Shown: piece by piece, positions 17,175 to 25,550 of the stretch
How the letters are laid out: each line of letters opens with the position of its first letter
How positions within the stretch are numbered: position 1 is the stretch's first letter
Source of the DNA: Candidatus Nanohalobium constans
Lineage (GTDB): Archaea > Nanohalarchaeota > Nanosalinia > Nanosalinales > Nanosalinaceae
Reading direction: 5' to 3'
Assembly: GCF_009617975.1 (NCBI RefSeq)
Contig: NZ_CP040089.1
Coordinates: 570,001-602,000, forward strand
DNA: 32,000 nt
Program-made: the position numbers and the translations under genes
The notes under the pieces: generated by a model
Databases searched by the model: none
What the model saw: the letters and a program-made list of their open reading frames with translations, nothing else
What the model was told of the DNA's origin: nothing

Positions 17175-17210
17175 ATGTAAAGCAACCTTGACACTTATAA
17201 ATGTAAAGCA
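17175..17210 (-). promoter_or_regulatory. TATA-like box flanked by a 10-nt direct repeat (candidate operator/promoter of the XRE operon)
   Basis: ATGTAAAGCA occurs at 17175-17184 and 17201-17210, flanking CTTATAAA (TTTATAAG in minus sense) about 30 nt upstream of the ATG at 17163. The second repeat is part of the palindrome GTAAAG-CAGA-CTTTAC. Confidence 0.4.
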
Positions 17211-17333
17211 GACTTTACTTTTCATGATGTCTTACAGGCAACGCGTGAGACCAATATGCTTGGAGAATCTTTGTTCGACTGGAGCCGAACGGAAAGAAAG
17301 TATTTAAGATCTTGCTGGAAGTGAGAGTGATTT

Positions 17334-18446
17334 ATGACAAATTTCAAGACTTGTGGCATAGTTTTTGTGGCTATTTTGATCCCTATGGCATCCGGGATTT
17401 CACCAGTTAGCGGCGGAGAGATAAATTTATTCCAGGAGGAAGTGGAGATACATTCTGGAGATGAAGTAGAGTGGACCAGCCATGAATTCTCTTATAGGTC
17501 TGTCGACAGCCACAGCAGAGATGTTTTGACTATTACAGATTCTGATGGCGTTTTGGTAGAGCAATTTTCAGGTGACAGTTTCTATGAGTTACTTGGCGAG
17601 AAAATGAGGGTTGACGAGGATCTTTACTTTCGCATAAACGAAATGGATAGAGAAGAAGACAGCCTAGACATGACTGTTTGGACAAGTGAGGAAGCGTTCG
17701 GTTCTTCACAAATCAACATTTCGGCGCCAGAATACATAGTTAAGCAGTCTGGAGACGACTTCAAAATACCTTTGACAGTGGAAAACTCGGGCGGAGTAGA
17801 GGAAGCATATGATCTGAGGGCGGAATCCTCAGAACTGGTATCAACGGATTTTGTTCATGAAGGATATAATGTTACGAAGCTCGTTGTTGAGCCAGGCGAA
17901 GAGAAAGAGGTTACTGCCGACATAAACTTGGATGAAGACCTGACCTCAGGGACTTCAATAATCAATTTTTCAGTTTCTGACAGGAGTAGTTCTTTTGAAG
18001 AGTTTCGTTTCCAAGTTGTTAATTCTTCGGAGTCGGAAAGAGAGCTTAGAATGACTTTAGACGAGAGCTACCTAGAGAAGAGCTCTGGTGAAACAGTTGA
18101 GACTACACTAAGAGTGGAAAACATCGGTGGCTCAACAGTAGAAAATGTGAAACCCAGTGTTACGACGCCTGAGAACTGGAACTACACGGTTTCTCCGGAG
18201 GAAACAGAGAATATTACGGACGGAGAGTTTAAGGATTTTGAGTTAAGTGTTTCTGTTCCTTCGACTGCGACTAGCGGCGATTATTTTGTTGATGTAGGTT
18301 TAGAGAATACTGAGGATTTTGATGAAAGAAATGTTAGAGTTAATGTTTCGGACAGCAGCGGTGGCTTCGGCTTGATCGGTGCTGTCCTTGCTTTAATCAC
18401 TATATTACTTGTTTTAGGAGTTTACAAAGTATTCGGAAGAAGGTGA
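17334..18446 (+). CDS. Cell-surface protein with NEW3/CARDB-like beta-sandwich repeats, signal peptide and C-terminal TM anchor
   Basis: N-terminal signal MTNFKTCGIVFVAILIPMASG. Repeats of the type VENSGGVEEAYDL and VENIGGSTVENVKPSVTTPENWNYTVSP...ATSGDYFVDV. C-terminal GLIGAVLALITILLVLGVYKVFGRR. Followed by ABC genes. Confidence 0.8.
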   Translation: MTNFKTCGIVFVAILIPMASGISPVSGGEINLFQEEVEIHSGDEVEWTSHEFSYRSVDSHSRDVLTITDSDGVLVEQFSGDSFYELLGEKMRVDEDLYFRINEMDREEDSLDMTVWTSEEAFGSSQINISAPEYIVKQSGDDFKIPLTVENSGGVEEAYDLRAESSELVSTDFVHEGYNVTKLVVEPGEEKEVTADINLDEDLTSGTSIINFSVSDRSSSFEEFRFQVVNSSESERELRMTLDESYLEKSSGETVETTLRVENIGGSTVENVKPSVTTPENWNYTVSPEETENITDGEFKDFELSVSVPSTATSGDYFVDVGLENTEDFDERNVRVNVSDSSGGFGLIGAVLALITILLVLGVYKVFGRR

Positions 18447-18457
18447 ATTAACTTAAA

Positions 18458-19177
18458 ATGACAGTTGTGGAGATAAACAGCTTAAGCAAAAGTTTTGACG
18501 GCTTTAAAGCCTTGGAAAACCTGGAAATGGAGATACAGCGAGGTGAAGTCTACGGACTGCTTGGACCGAACGGAGCAGGAAAAACCACGTTGTTCCAAAC
18601 AATTATGGGGCAGCTGACTCCGACATCTGGAGATGTAGAAATCCTGGGAGAGGACGCCTATAGAGATACTTTCGAAGTAGCAAAGGATGTCAGCTTTCTA
18701 CCTGCGGACATCAGGTTCTACGACAATTTGACAGCAAGAAAGAACCTGAAATACCTTGCAGACCTTGTTGAAGAGGATCCGGACATTGATGAGCTATTGG
18801 AACTGGTTAATCTTGGAGATGAAGCCGATAAGAAGGTTTCAGGTTTCTCTCATGGAATGCAGAAAAGGCTGGGAATCGCTCAAACCCTGATTAAAGATCC
18901 TGAGATCATTCTTTTCGACGAGCCAACCACAGGTCTCGACCCGGAAAGAAAGGAAGACTTCAAAGACCTCATCAGAGACATCAACGAGGAAAAAAATATT
19001 ACTGTAATCGTTTCCTCGCACATCCTCCACGAGTTAGAGGACATATGTGACAGAATTGGAGTGTTAAAGGATGGAAACATCAAGGTCTCAGGCACGCCTC
19101 AAGGAATCATTGAGGAAGAGGGCGTAGATACATTGGAGGAAGCTTATCTTGAGATAACAAGAGGTGATTACCGATGA
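18458..19177 (+). CDS. ABC transporter ATP-binding protein
   Basis: Walker A GPNGAGKTT, signature FSHGMQKRLG, Walker B ILFDEPTTGLD, H-loop SSHIL. Confidence 0.95.
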   Translation: MTVVEINSLSKSFDGFKALENLEMEIQRGEVYGLLGPNGAGKTTLFQTIMGQLTPTSGDVEILGEDAYRDTFEVAKDVSFLPADIRFYDNLTARKNLKYLADLVEEDPDIDELLELVNLGDEADKKVSGFSHGMQKRLGIAQTLIKDPEIILFDEPTTGLDPERKEDFKDLIRDINEEKNITVIVSSHILHELEDICDRIGVLKDGNIKVSGTPQGIIEEEGVDTLEEAYLEITRGDYR

Positions 19178-20148
19178 AAGCCTTGACAGTCGCACGGAAA
19201 GAGATTGCCGACCAGATGAACAGCAACAAGTTCCTGATCGTATTCGGGCTGCTTTTGCTTCTTACAGCAGCCACAGCATTCCAGGGCGCACAGAGTTATC
19301 AAGACAGTATGGATAGGTTCCAGGAGTCTCAGAACTCTGATTCACAGTACGGATTTGCCCCTGAGAAACCTTCCGTCCTTGACGCGTTTACCACATTGAC
19401 GCAAGGTGTTAACTTCCCACTTATCGGAGGCTTACTGGCTTTGCTGCTCAGCTTCAACACAGTATCCGGTGAACGGGATAAGAACACTTTGAAGCTGCTG
19501 ACCTCATATCCACTACATAGGGACAGTATCATCACTGGAAAGTTTATGGCAGGGATCTTCACACTGACAATTGCTTCAGCAGCATCATTCATGGTTGCTT
19601 CAGCAGTAATCATAGGCATGACCGGTGCAGCAGTGACTGGAGTCGCAGCGTCTCGAATATTGCTGATGCTCGGAGGTACAGTCATTTATATGTCATGCAT
19701 CTTTGGACTAGGCGCATTGCTTTCCACAGTATTCAACGACAGCTCGACAGCACTCACTGGAGGAATACTTGTGCTAGTTCTTTCAACACTCGTAGTGCCT
19801 CAGATGGCTTTCATGCTTTCTGATGTGCTCGTAGAAGAATCTGAAGGAAACGACATAACGGTTGGAGAAGGAAGCACAGGTCTCAGTGAATCATATAAAG
19901 AAAGAATGCAGATCAGAAACACGATCACGAAGCTGGCGCCTTCCGGAAGTTACGGCAACTTCATGTCCTACATGCTCGGACAAGACCCAAGTAGCGTAGG
20001 AATCAGTACTGGCGGCAGCGAGGCAGAGAACGAGCCATCGGTGATGGAAAGCCTGAACTCATCGCTAGGCAATCTAGGACTATTAGCAGGGCAGACAGTT
20101 CTGTTCTTCGGAGCAAGCTTTGTCTTGTTCACCCGACAGGAAATCTAG
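19174..20148 (+). CDS. ABC-2 type transporter permease
   Basis: 4-nt overlap with the ATPase gene. N-terminal TM, a long loop, then a cluster of TM helices (ABC-2/NosY-like layout). Confidence 0.75.
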   Translation: MKALTVARKEIADQMNSNKFLIVFGLLLLLTAATAFQGAQSYQDSMDRFQESQNSDSQYGFAPEKPSVLDAFTTLTQGVNFPLIGGLLALLLSFNTVSGERDKNTLKLLTSYPLHRDSIITGKFMAGIFTLTIASAASFMVASAVIIGMTGAAVTGVAASRILLMLGGTVIYMSCIFGLGALLSTVFNDSSTALTGGILVLVLSTLVVPQMAFMLSDVLVEESEGNDITVGEGSTGLSESYKERMQIRNTITKLAPSGSYGNFMSYMLGQDPSSVGISTGGSEAENEPSVMESLNSSLGNLGLLAGQTVLFFGASFVLFTRQEI

Positions 20149-20151
20149 AGA

Positions 20152-20176
20152 TTCTTCCTCTCCTTCTTCCCTTCTT
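20152..20176 (+). terminator. Pure polypyrimidine tract after the permease stop codon
   Basis: 25 consecutive C/T (TTCTTCCTCTCCTTCTTCCCTTCTT) beginning 4 nt after the TAG, followed by TTTAATTTTTT. Confidence 0.4.
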
Positions 20177-20317
20177 AATTTAATTTTTTGAAGAACCCAA
20201 GTAGTGATTATGAATTATTTTGAGAAGTTCAAGGAGAATATCTTGAGATCCCTAGGACGCAGCACAGGCAGCTTTTAATGTTAATTAGCTATAAATAAAA
20301 TATTGGGCGGTTTTAGA

Positions 20318-21160
20318 ATGTCAAAAGAGAAAGCCGATAGTCAAGATCATAGAAGCTTTTCAAACTGGTGTAAACAGTTTAAGGCGTTTTACTTACGCAG
20401 TATACATGAATTTTTGAATAGTTGGTCTTTGATATTTATTGCTCTTGGTTTTGCTCCATTCATGTATCTTGTTTACAACGCATCTTTAGGCTCAGCGCCT
20501 CCGACTATGAAGGCAGGATTGTCTATTGGTATAGGTATTTTTGGATCTATGATTGTATGTCTTTATGTATTTGGCAATCAGTTAATTATTGATCTTGAGG
20601 ATCAACGGTATGAGACCTATCGTTCTATGCCTATGATGCCTACAGCAGATTTAGCAGGCAGATTGTCTGCAGGCATAACTATATCTTCAGTAGCATTCCT
20701 GACAACAGTTTTTATAGGCTTGGTTACGGGAGCATCGTACTCAGTAAGAGGGCTTAATTCTATTCCTGTGATTATTGCGGCATTTGCTTTTTCGTGTGTG
20801 TTATGGATGATTGTCTCAATACCAATGGTTATGACAGCCAGTAATGAGCGATATGCAGAGCTTTTAACCACCATAACAGCCGTGATTGCTACTTTGATAA
20901 CCGGAAACAACGGGGTGATGCCGGAAGCAGCTATGGTTAGTGAAAATCTGTTAAACATCATACCGAACTCGCTTTCAACTCGAGTCCTCAGTTATCATCT
21001 GATTGAGGGAGGTGCATATACGGAGGCAGGTCTTGTACCGCCAGCAATGCCTTCAGGCATTGAATCCTTAGGTCTGCTGACTGTTTATGGAGTGGTTTCT
21101 GCATTGGCAGGAGTCATGCTTGTACGAAAACTTCACAACAAGAAGGTGTTGCCTAAATGA
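20318..21160 (+). CDS. ABC-2 type transporter permease (second system)
   Basis: Six predicted TM helices. Start moved to the ATG at 20318 (ORF track uses the TTG at 20303). ATGA overlap with the downstream ATPase gene. Confidence 0.7.
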   Translation: MSKEKADSQDHRSFSNWCKQFKAFYLRSIHEFLNSWSLIFIALGFAPFMYLVYNASLGSAPPTMKAGLSIGIGIFGSMIVCLYVFGNQLIIDLEDQRYETYRSMPMMPTADLAGRLSAGITISSVAFLTTVFIGLVTGASYSVRGLNSIPVIIAAFAFSCVLWMIVSIPMVMTASNERYAELLTTITAVIATLITGNNGVMPEAAMVSENLLNIIPNSLSTRVLSYHLIEGGAYTEAGLVPPAMPSGIESLGLLTVYGVVSALAGVMLVRKLHNKKVLPK

Positions 21161-22020
21161 GCGAATCTGTACTACATGCTGAGAATCTAGAAAAATCTTT
21201 AGACGGCGATAGAATACTTAAGAGTCTTGATTTGGAAGTTAAGCCTGGAGAAACCCTTGTTATCATGGGGGCTAATGGTTCTGGAAAATCAACGCTTCTT
21301 TCCTGCCTTGCAGGAAGTAAGGAGATTGATGGAGGAAGGATCGAGTCTTTTGGGAGTTCGGTGAGAGGAGTAGATGGTTTTGCAAGTCTGCTGGTTCAGG
21401 ATTCACTGTGTCTTGACCGGCTTACTGGCAAGGAAAACATAGAGTTCTACCAGAGAGCAGATCCTAGATTTACCGGAAGATGGAGAGAATATACGCAGGA
21501 GATGGGTATTAACGACGAGCTTGATAAAGAAGTCGAAAACTATTCCGGCGGGATGAGGAGGAAGCTAGAACTTTCGATATCTTTAAGCAATGATGCACCG
21601 GTTTATCTTCTAGATGAACCTACTGCAGCTCTTGATCTCAAGACCGTTAGAGATACTCACGCTATCATCAAGGAACATAAAAATACTGATGCTGCATTCG
21701 TAATCTCAACTCATCTATCACTGGATGCCCGGATAGCAGATCGTATAGCATTCCTATCTGACGGTGAAATAGTGGCTGAAGGTTCGCCTCAAAAATTGAT
21801 GGATCAGCTTCCAGAGGTATTGGAAACTGATCTTGAAAACAATGAGCAATTGAGAGAACATGCTATAGATAATTTCACTTTCACAGTTGATGACAAAATA
21901 AGAGGTTTCGTATCTGACAACAGTATTCAAATGGAAAATATGCAGTCTATTGATCCATCTTACACTGATATGTTCAATTACTATACAGAGCTGCCTAAAC
22001 AAAAGGACGATCAAAACTAG
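21157..22020 (+). CDS. ABC transporter ATP-binding protein (second system) with about 70-aa C-terminal extension
   Basis: Walker A GANGSGKST, signature YSGGMRRKLE, Walker B LLDEPTAALD, H-loop STHLS. Confidence 0.9.
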   Translation: MSESVLHAENLEKSLDGDRILKSLDLEVKPGETLVIMGANGSGKSTLLSCLAGSKEIDGGRIESFGSSVRGVDGFASLLVQDSLCLDRLTGKENIEFYQRADPRFTGRWREYTQEMGINDELDKEVENYSGGMRRKLELSISLSNDAPVYLLDEPTAALDLKTVRDTHAIIKEHKNTDAAFVISTHLSLDARIADRIAFLSDGEIVAEGSPQKLMDQLPEVLETDLENNEQLREHAIDNFTFTVDDKIRGFVSDNSIQMENMQSIDPSYTDMFNYYTELPKQKDDQN

Positions 22021-22101
22021 AACAGCCCTTTTCTAGCCAGTCAATGCAGAGCAAGTTTCTTCAGATTGCAGGCGTCCTGATTTCCCCCTACATTCATTTT
22101 T

Positions 22102-22416
22102 ATGAAGAAGCACCCTACATACTCAGACATGACACTGCTTAGAGAAAAACTCTGGGAAAACATCTTCCGACCTTCAGGACGCAGAAAGGTCAGTATTGTG
22201 TACTTCATGGGTGCAGCACTTTTCCTATGGATGCACCTTTTTGTGGATGACAGTCTTTTCACATTGATCATGTTCACAGGTATGTTCCTGACAGGGCTTT
22301 CCGAGTTTATTCCTGAGAAGAAAAACTTGGCTGCAGGTTTTCTAAGAATCGCAGCGATAATTCTCTATCTGTCAATCATTGCTTTAACCATTTTGAAGCC
22401 AGGAACAATTATCTAA
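22102..22416 (+). CDS. Small hypothetical membrane protein
   Basis: 104-aa ATG ORF with three hydrophobic helices. No motif recognised. Confidence 0.45.
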   Translation: MKKHPTYSDMTLLREKLWENIFRPSGRRKVSIVYFMGAALFLWMHLFVDDSLFTLIMFTGMFLTGLSEFIPEKKNLAAGFLRIAAIILYLSIIALTILKPGTII

Positions 22417-22532
22417 TTCAATAAAAACTGTTCAATCTTTATACTTGATTTTGAGAAGTTTATTGATGGGCTAAAGCTTTGGGAGACTAGAGTAAGACCT
22501 AAAAACGGAGTTTTTCCATTATAACTTCTTTT

Positions 22533-23660
22533 TTACATGAGTACTGAAGATATCATGTCCATCAAGGTATTTCTTGATTGAGTCCCTTCATCTCCTCTAT
22601 CTTTTGATTGATTGCTAGGGTTATCCCTATTGTTTCTAGGATTTTTCTCTGTATTATTTTTTGGTTCAGGTAGTTGCGGACTGTTTTCTGATTCGTTTTC
22701 TCTAACTTCTTGGTTGTCTTCTGACTGATTTCTCGGTTTACCGATGGTAGTATTTGATTTAGTGTTGTTTAATTCTTCTTTCAGCTGCTTCACTTTATTT
22801 CTAAGTTTTTCGATCGTTCTGTTTTTCTCCTCGATAGCGTTGTTTAGTTCTTTAATTTTCTCTTCTTTTTCCGGGTTTTGCACAGGAGGTCGGATATCTC
22901 TGGGATTTTTGATTACTACTTTCTGTGTAGATGTGATTTTCGTTGTGGAAGTGCTTATTTTGTATCCTATCAGTGCTGTCTGTGATTTTTCCCCTGTTTC
23001 AAACTCTGCTTTGAGTTCTTCTTGATTTTTTGGGTCTAATTCATTTGAGAACCATTCTGTTTCTAACTCCGAAGACGTGTTTTTAGCTATGTCAACGCTG
23101 CAGTAAAATGTCTCCGAGGTATTCACTTTTTCAGGGCACTTAACATTCACTGAAATAGAATTAAATGATTCTTTAGGAGGTTTTCTTATTTTTTCATTCG
23201 TTTTGTTTTTTATATTGCTTTCATTTTTCTTGTCTGTGAAGTCACCTAGATTTATGTTTTCTTCTTTATCTTGTTTTTCGCCAATTTTCCCAGGTTTTCT
23301 TAGTTTCTTATCACGTATTTGACGGCTGAAGTTGTACGTTTGATTTTCTATAGTTGTTTCAGCATCTAGATTTGTTCTCTCTGTTTTATTTCCTATTTTA
23401 ACATACTCATTAGTTTCTTCTGTTATATTTCCGTGCTCTATACTCCATTTTGTTTTATTAATGGATTTATTGTTGTCTTCAGGAAGTTTTATGCCGCATT
23501 CTAATTGATTTGAAGTAGAGTCTTTGCAGTCAATATGTGGTTCTGAGGCAGTAGCCGAATGGAAACCAGTAAACAGTATAAGAGTTACTAGAGATAGGTG
23601 GAAGACCTTTGCTTCAGAAATACTGTGTAAACTGCCGTTCTTATTTGTCAAGAGTTGCAC
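22533..23660 (-). CDS. Secreted N/K/E/T-rich low-complexity protein with coiled-coil segment
   Basis: GTG start. Signal-like VFHLSLVTLILFTGFHSATA, coiled coil EKEEKIKELNNAIEEKNRTIEKLRNKVKQLKEEL, at least 15 N-x-S/T sequons. Not acidic, unlike its neighbours, and locally very AT-rich. Confidence 0.65.
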   Translation of the reverse strand: MQLLTNKNGSLHSISEAKVFHLSLVTLILFTGFHSATASEPHIDCKDSTSNQLECGIKLPEDNNKSINKTKWSIEHGNITEETNEYVKIGNKTERTNLDAETTIENQTYNFSRQIRDKKLRKPGKIGEKQDKEENINLGDFTDKKNESNIKNKTNEKIRKPPKESFNSISVNVKCPEKVNTSETFYCSVDIAKNTSSELETEWFSNELDPKNQEELKAEFETGEKSQTALIGYKISTSTTKITSTQKVVIKNPRDIRPPVQNPEKEEKIKELNNAIEEKNRTIEKLRNKVKQLKEELNNTKSNTTIGKPRNQSEDNQEVRENESENSPQLPEPKNNTEKNPRNNRDNPSNQSKDRGDEGTQSRNTLMDMISSVLM

Positions 23661-23765
23661 CTAAAATTCAGTGATGAGGAAGAAGTTTTTAATAGATGAC
23701 ATTAAACCGTCATCTCCCAGCTTTATCTTTACCACAAATTAGAAATAATAAAAAATTGAGAAGGA

Positions 23766-23969
23766 TTACTCCTGCATCTGCATGAGTAAGTACATTGTCA
23801 GGATAGATCCGGCTATAAGCAATGCGAATCCCTGGATATTGGCTGAGACTAGGTAAGGAATGCTGAAACCTATGTCGATAGGTCCTATAATTGATTTGTT
23901 TGTTAGTAAGGTCAGTATTCCTATGATTTCTAGAAGTGATGTTGCTGGAAGTAGGTAGGCGTAGTTCAT
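23766..23969 (-). CDS. Small 2-TM membrane protein
   Basis: 67-aa ATG ORF, 17 nt downstream of the DUF3592-like gene on the same strand. Confidence 0.45.
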   Translation of the reverse strand: MNYAYLLPATSLLEIIGILTLLTNKSIIGPIDIGFSIPYLVSANIQGFALLIAGSILTMYLLMQMQE

Positions 23970-23986
23970 AGTAATGATTAAATTGT

Positions 23987-24496
23987 TTAGATGAAGCTTC
24001 TTGTAGTTTTGTAGGCTCCGAGCATAACCATAAATCCTCCGATAATCATGAACAGCAGCGGCTGATCGGATCTCTCTGCGATGAGGAACGCTTCGCCAGG
24101 TTTCTCAGGATTAACTGAAGCATCGACTTTTTCCCCTGCAGGATAGTTTTCAATAAATTTTTCCGCTTCTGTTTCCTGGTTGAATTCCTTGTCGCGGTCC
24201 AGAGGGTGAATGAAGTCGCTGGAATAATTTTCTCCTTCAAAACTGTACTCAAAACTTATCTCTGCCTGATAGTCGACTCCACCTCTCCTGGATGAGTCAG
24301 TCCGGATGTTAGTATCAGTCACTGTGGCAGTGATATTGACAGCCTTGTCTACATTTTCTGATTGTCCCTGGTACTGCATGAATCCATAGCCAGCAATTGC
24401 AAGACCTAGGATCATGAAAATAGATGAGAACAGGAGAACCTGGTTGGGGCTAAGACTGTTCGAATTCTTTCCACCTACATTGACATCCAGACCCAT
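23987..24496 (-). CDS. DUF3592-like membrane protein
   Basis: N-terminal TM, a beta-rich soluble core (ATVTDTNIRTDSSRRGGVDYQAEISFEYSFEGENYSS...YPAGEKVDASVNPEKPGEAFL), and a C-terminal TM. Layout typical of DUF3592 as I remember it. Confidence 0.65.
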   Translation of the reverse strand: MGLDVNVGGKNSNSLSPNQVLLFSSIFMILGLAIAGYGFMQYQGQSENVDKAVNITATVTDTNIRTDSSRRGGVDYQAEISFEYSFEGENYSSDFIHPLDRDKEFNQETEAEKFIENYPAGEKVDASVNPEKPGEAFLIAERSDQPLLFMIIGGFMVMLGAYKTTRSFI

Positions 24497-24502
24497 TTCT
24501 TT

Positions 24503-25294
24503 CTACCTCTTACTGTATTCTGTTACGCTTCTTACCTGAACAGACCCGTTCTCCACTGAACCATAGTAGGCGAACTTTGAAGGAGTTCTGTCATCTCTAT
24601 CAGCCCAGAGGTAAGCTTCCGTCTGATTGAAGGCATCCGAACTTTTCAATCCTTCACCGCTGTCGGTTGACTCCATTACTATCGAGTGAGCTTCAAATAT
24701 ATGTTCTGAATTACGCAGCAGTTCAGAACTGTTGACATCAAGGTCGAGAAGAATGTTTTCCTCCCCACTAATGTTGGAGACGCCGAGGACCGAAGCATTT
24801 TCAACACCAATACTTCTCAATGCCTCAAGTGTGACTCCTAGTTCCTCTCTGCTATACTGTTTTTCCGTGTGGTTTTCTTTACCCATTGCCTCCCTGTAAA
24901 CTTCCGTACCATTCTCACCGGATTTGACTTGGGTGCTGAACTCCGTAGAGTTAGAGTTTCCTACAAAATCCAGTTCCATCACTCCTGAAGTATTTACAGT
25001 CGAACTGTTCTGGTCAAAAACTCCGTTAGAGGTCATGTTCACAGAGACACTAAAACCTGGCAGATTAATCACCATACTATTATCTGACTCCGAACTATAT
25101 TCTGAGACTTGATCTACTCTAGACATCGAATCTTCGAAGACCTCCAGACCCGAAGAATCTAAATTTACATCCTTGTAATCAAGACCGAAATCAGAGTTTA
25201 GATTGGCAGAACCTGTCTCAATACAGCCAGAGGATATAATTACAGCTATCAAAAATACGAAGAACGCTCTTTGTGAATCAATTAATTCTATCAT
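24503..25294 (-). CDS. Secreted protein / putative lipoprotein
   Basis: Hydrophobic N-terminus ending in the lipobox-like IISSGC. S/N/E-rich mature part. TATA-like TTTTTAAATA about 28 nt upstream of the ATG. Confidence 0.7.
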   Translation of the reverse strand: MIELIDSQRAFFVFLIAVIISSGCIETGSANLNSDFGLDYKDVNLDSSGLEVFEDSMSRVDQVSEYSSESDNSMVINLPGFSVSVNMTSNGVFDQNSSTVNTSGVMELDFVGNSNSTEFSTQVKSGENGTEVYREAMGKENHTEKQYSREELGVTLEALRSIGVENASVLGVSNISGEENILLDLDVNSSELLRNSEHIFEAHSIVMESTDSGEGLKSSDAFNQTEAYLWADRDDRTPSKFAYYGSVENGSVQVRSVTEYSKR

Positions 25295-25337
25295 GAAAAA
25301 GTCTCTAGAACCGTTTTATTTAAAAACAGCAACAAGT

Positions 25338-25357
25338 TGTTCGGAAAAAACCGAACA
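25338..25357 (-). terminator. Hairpin with a U6 loop downstream of tRNA-Tyr
   Basis: TGTTCGG-AAAAAA-CCGAACA, a perfect 7-bp stem. An A-run (T-run in tRNA sense) also lies at 25405-25413, directly after the tRNA. Confidence 0.3.
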
Positions 25358-25420
25358 CCTAATGGGATTCAAGACAAATCATAGAAATACATAGTGACCA
25401 CAGGAAAAATTTTGGTAAAG

Positions 25421-25494
25421 TCCCGACTCCAGGATTTGAACCTGGGACAATCCGCTCTACAGGCGGACGCTCTGCCAGACTGAGCTAAGTCGGG
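25421..25494 (-). tRNA. tRNA-Tyr (anticodon GUA)
   Basis: The reverse complement folds as a cloverleaf: CCCGACT/AGTCGGG acceptor, GCTC/GAGC D stem, TCCGC-CTGTAGA-GCGGA anticodon arm, 5-nt variable loop, CCAGG-TTCAAAT-CCTGG T arm. C1-G72 pair (archaeal/eukaryal Tyr identity). No encoded CCA. Confidence 0.93.
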
Positions 25495-25534
25495 TTTGTT
25501 GTCTTAGCTTCATTCAAGAAGCACTTGGCTTCGC

Positions 25535-25550
25535 ACTGAGCTAAGTTGGG
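25535..25550 (-). repeat. Partial copy of the tRNA-Tyr 5' end (16 nt, 1 mismatch)
   Basis: ACTGAGCTAAGTTGGG versus ACTGAGCTAAGTCGGG at 25479-25494. Confidence 0.85.

Noticed and set aside
20217-20229. 13-nt repeat ATTTTGAGAAGTT at 20217-20229 and 22448-22460, both downstream of ABC operons. Also a 22-codon mini-ORF at 20210-20278.
   Set aside because: Several 13-mer matches are expected by chance in a window this size, and the similarity does not extend into the flanks. The mini-ORF has no supporting signal.
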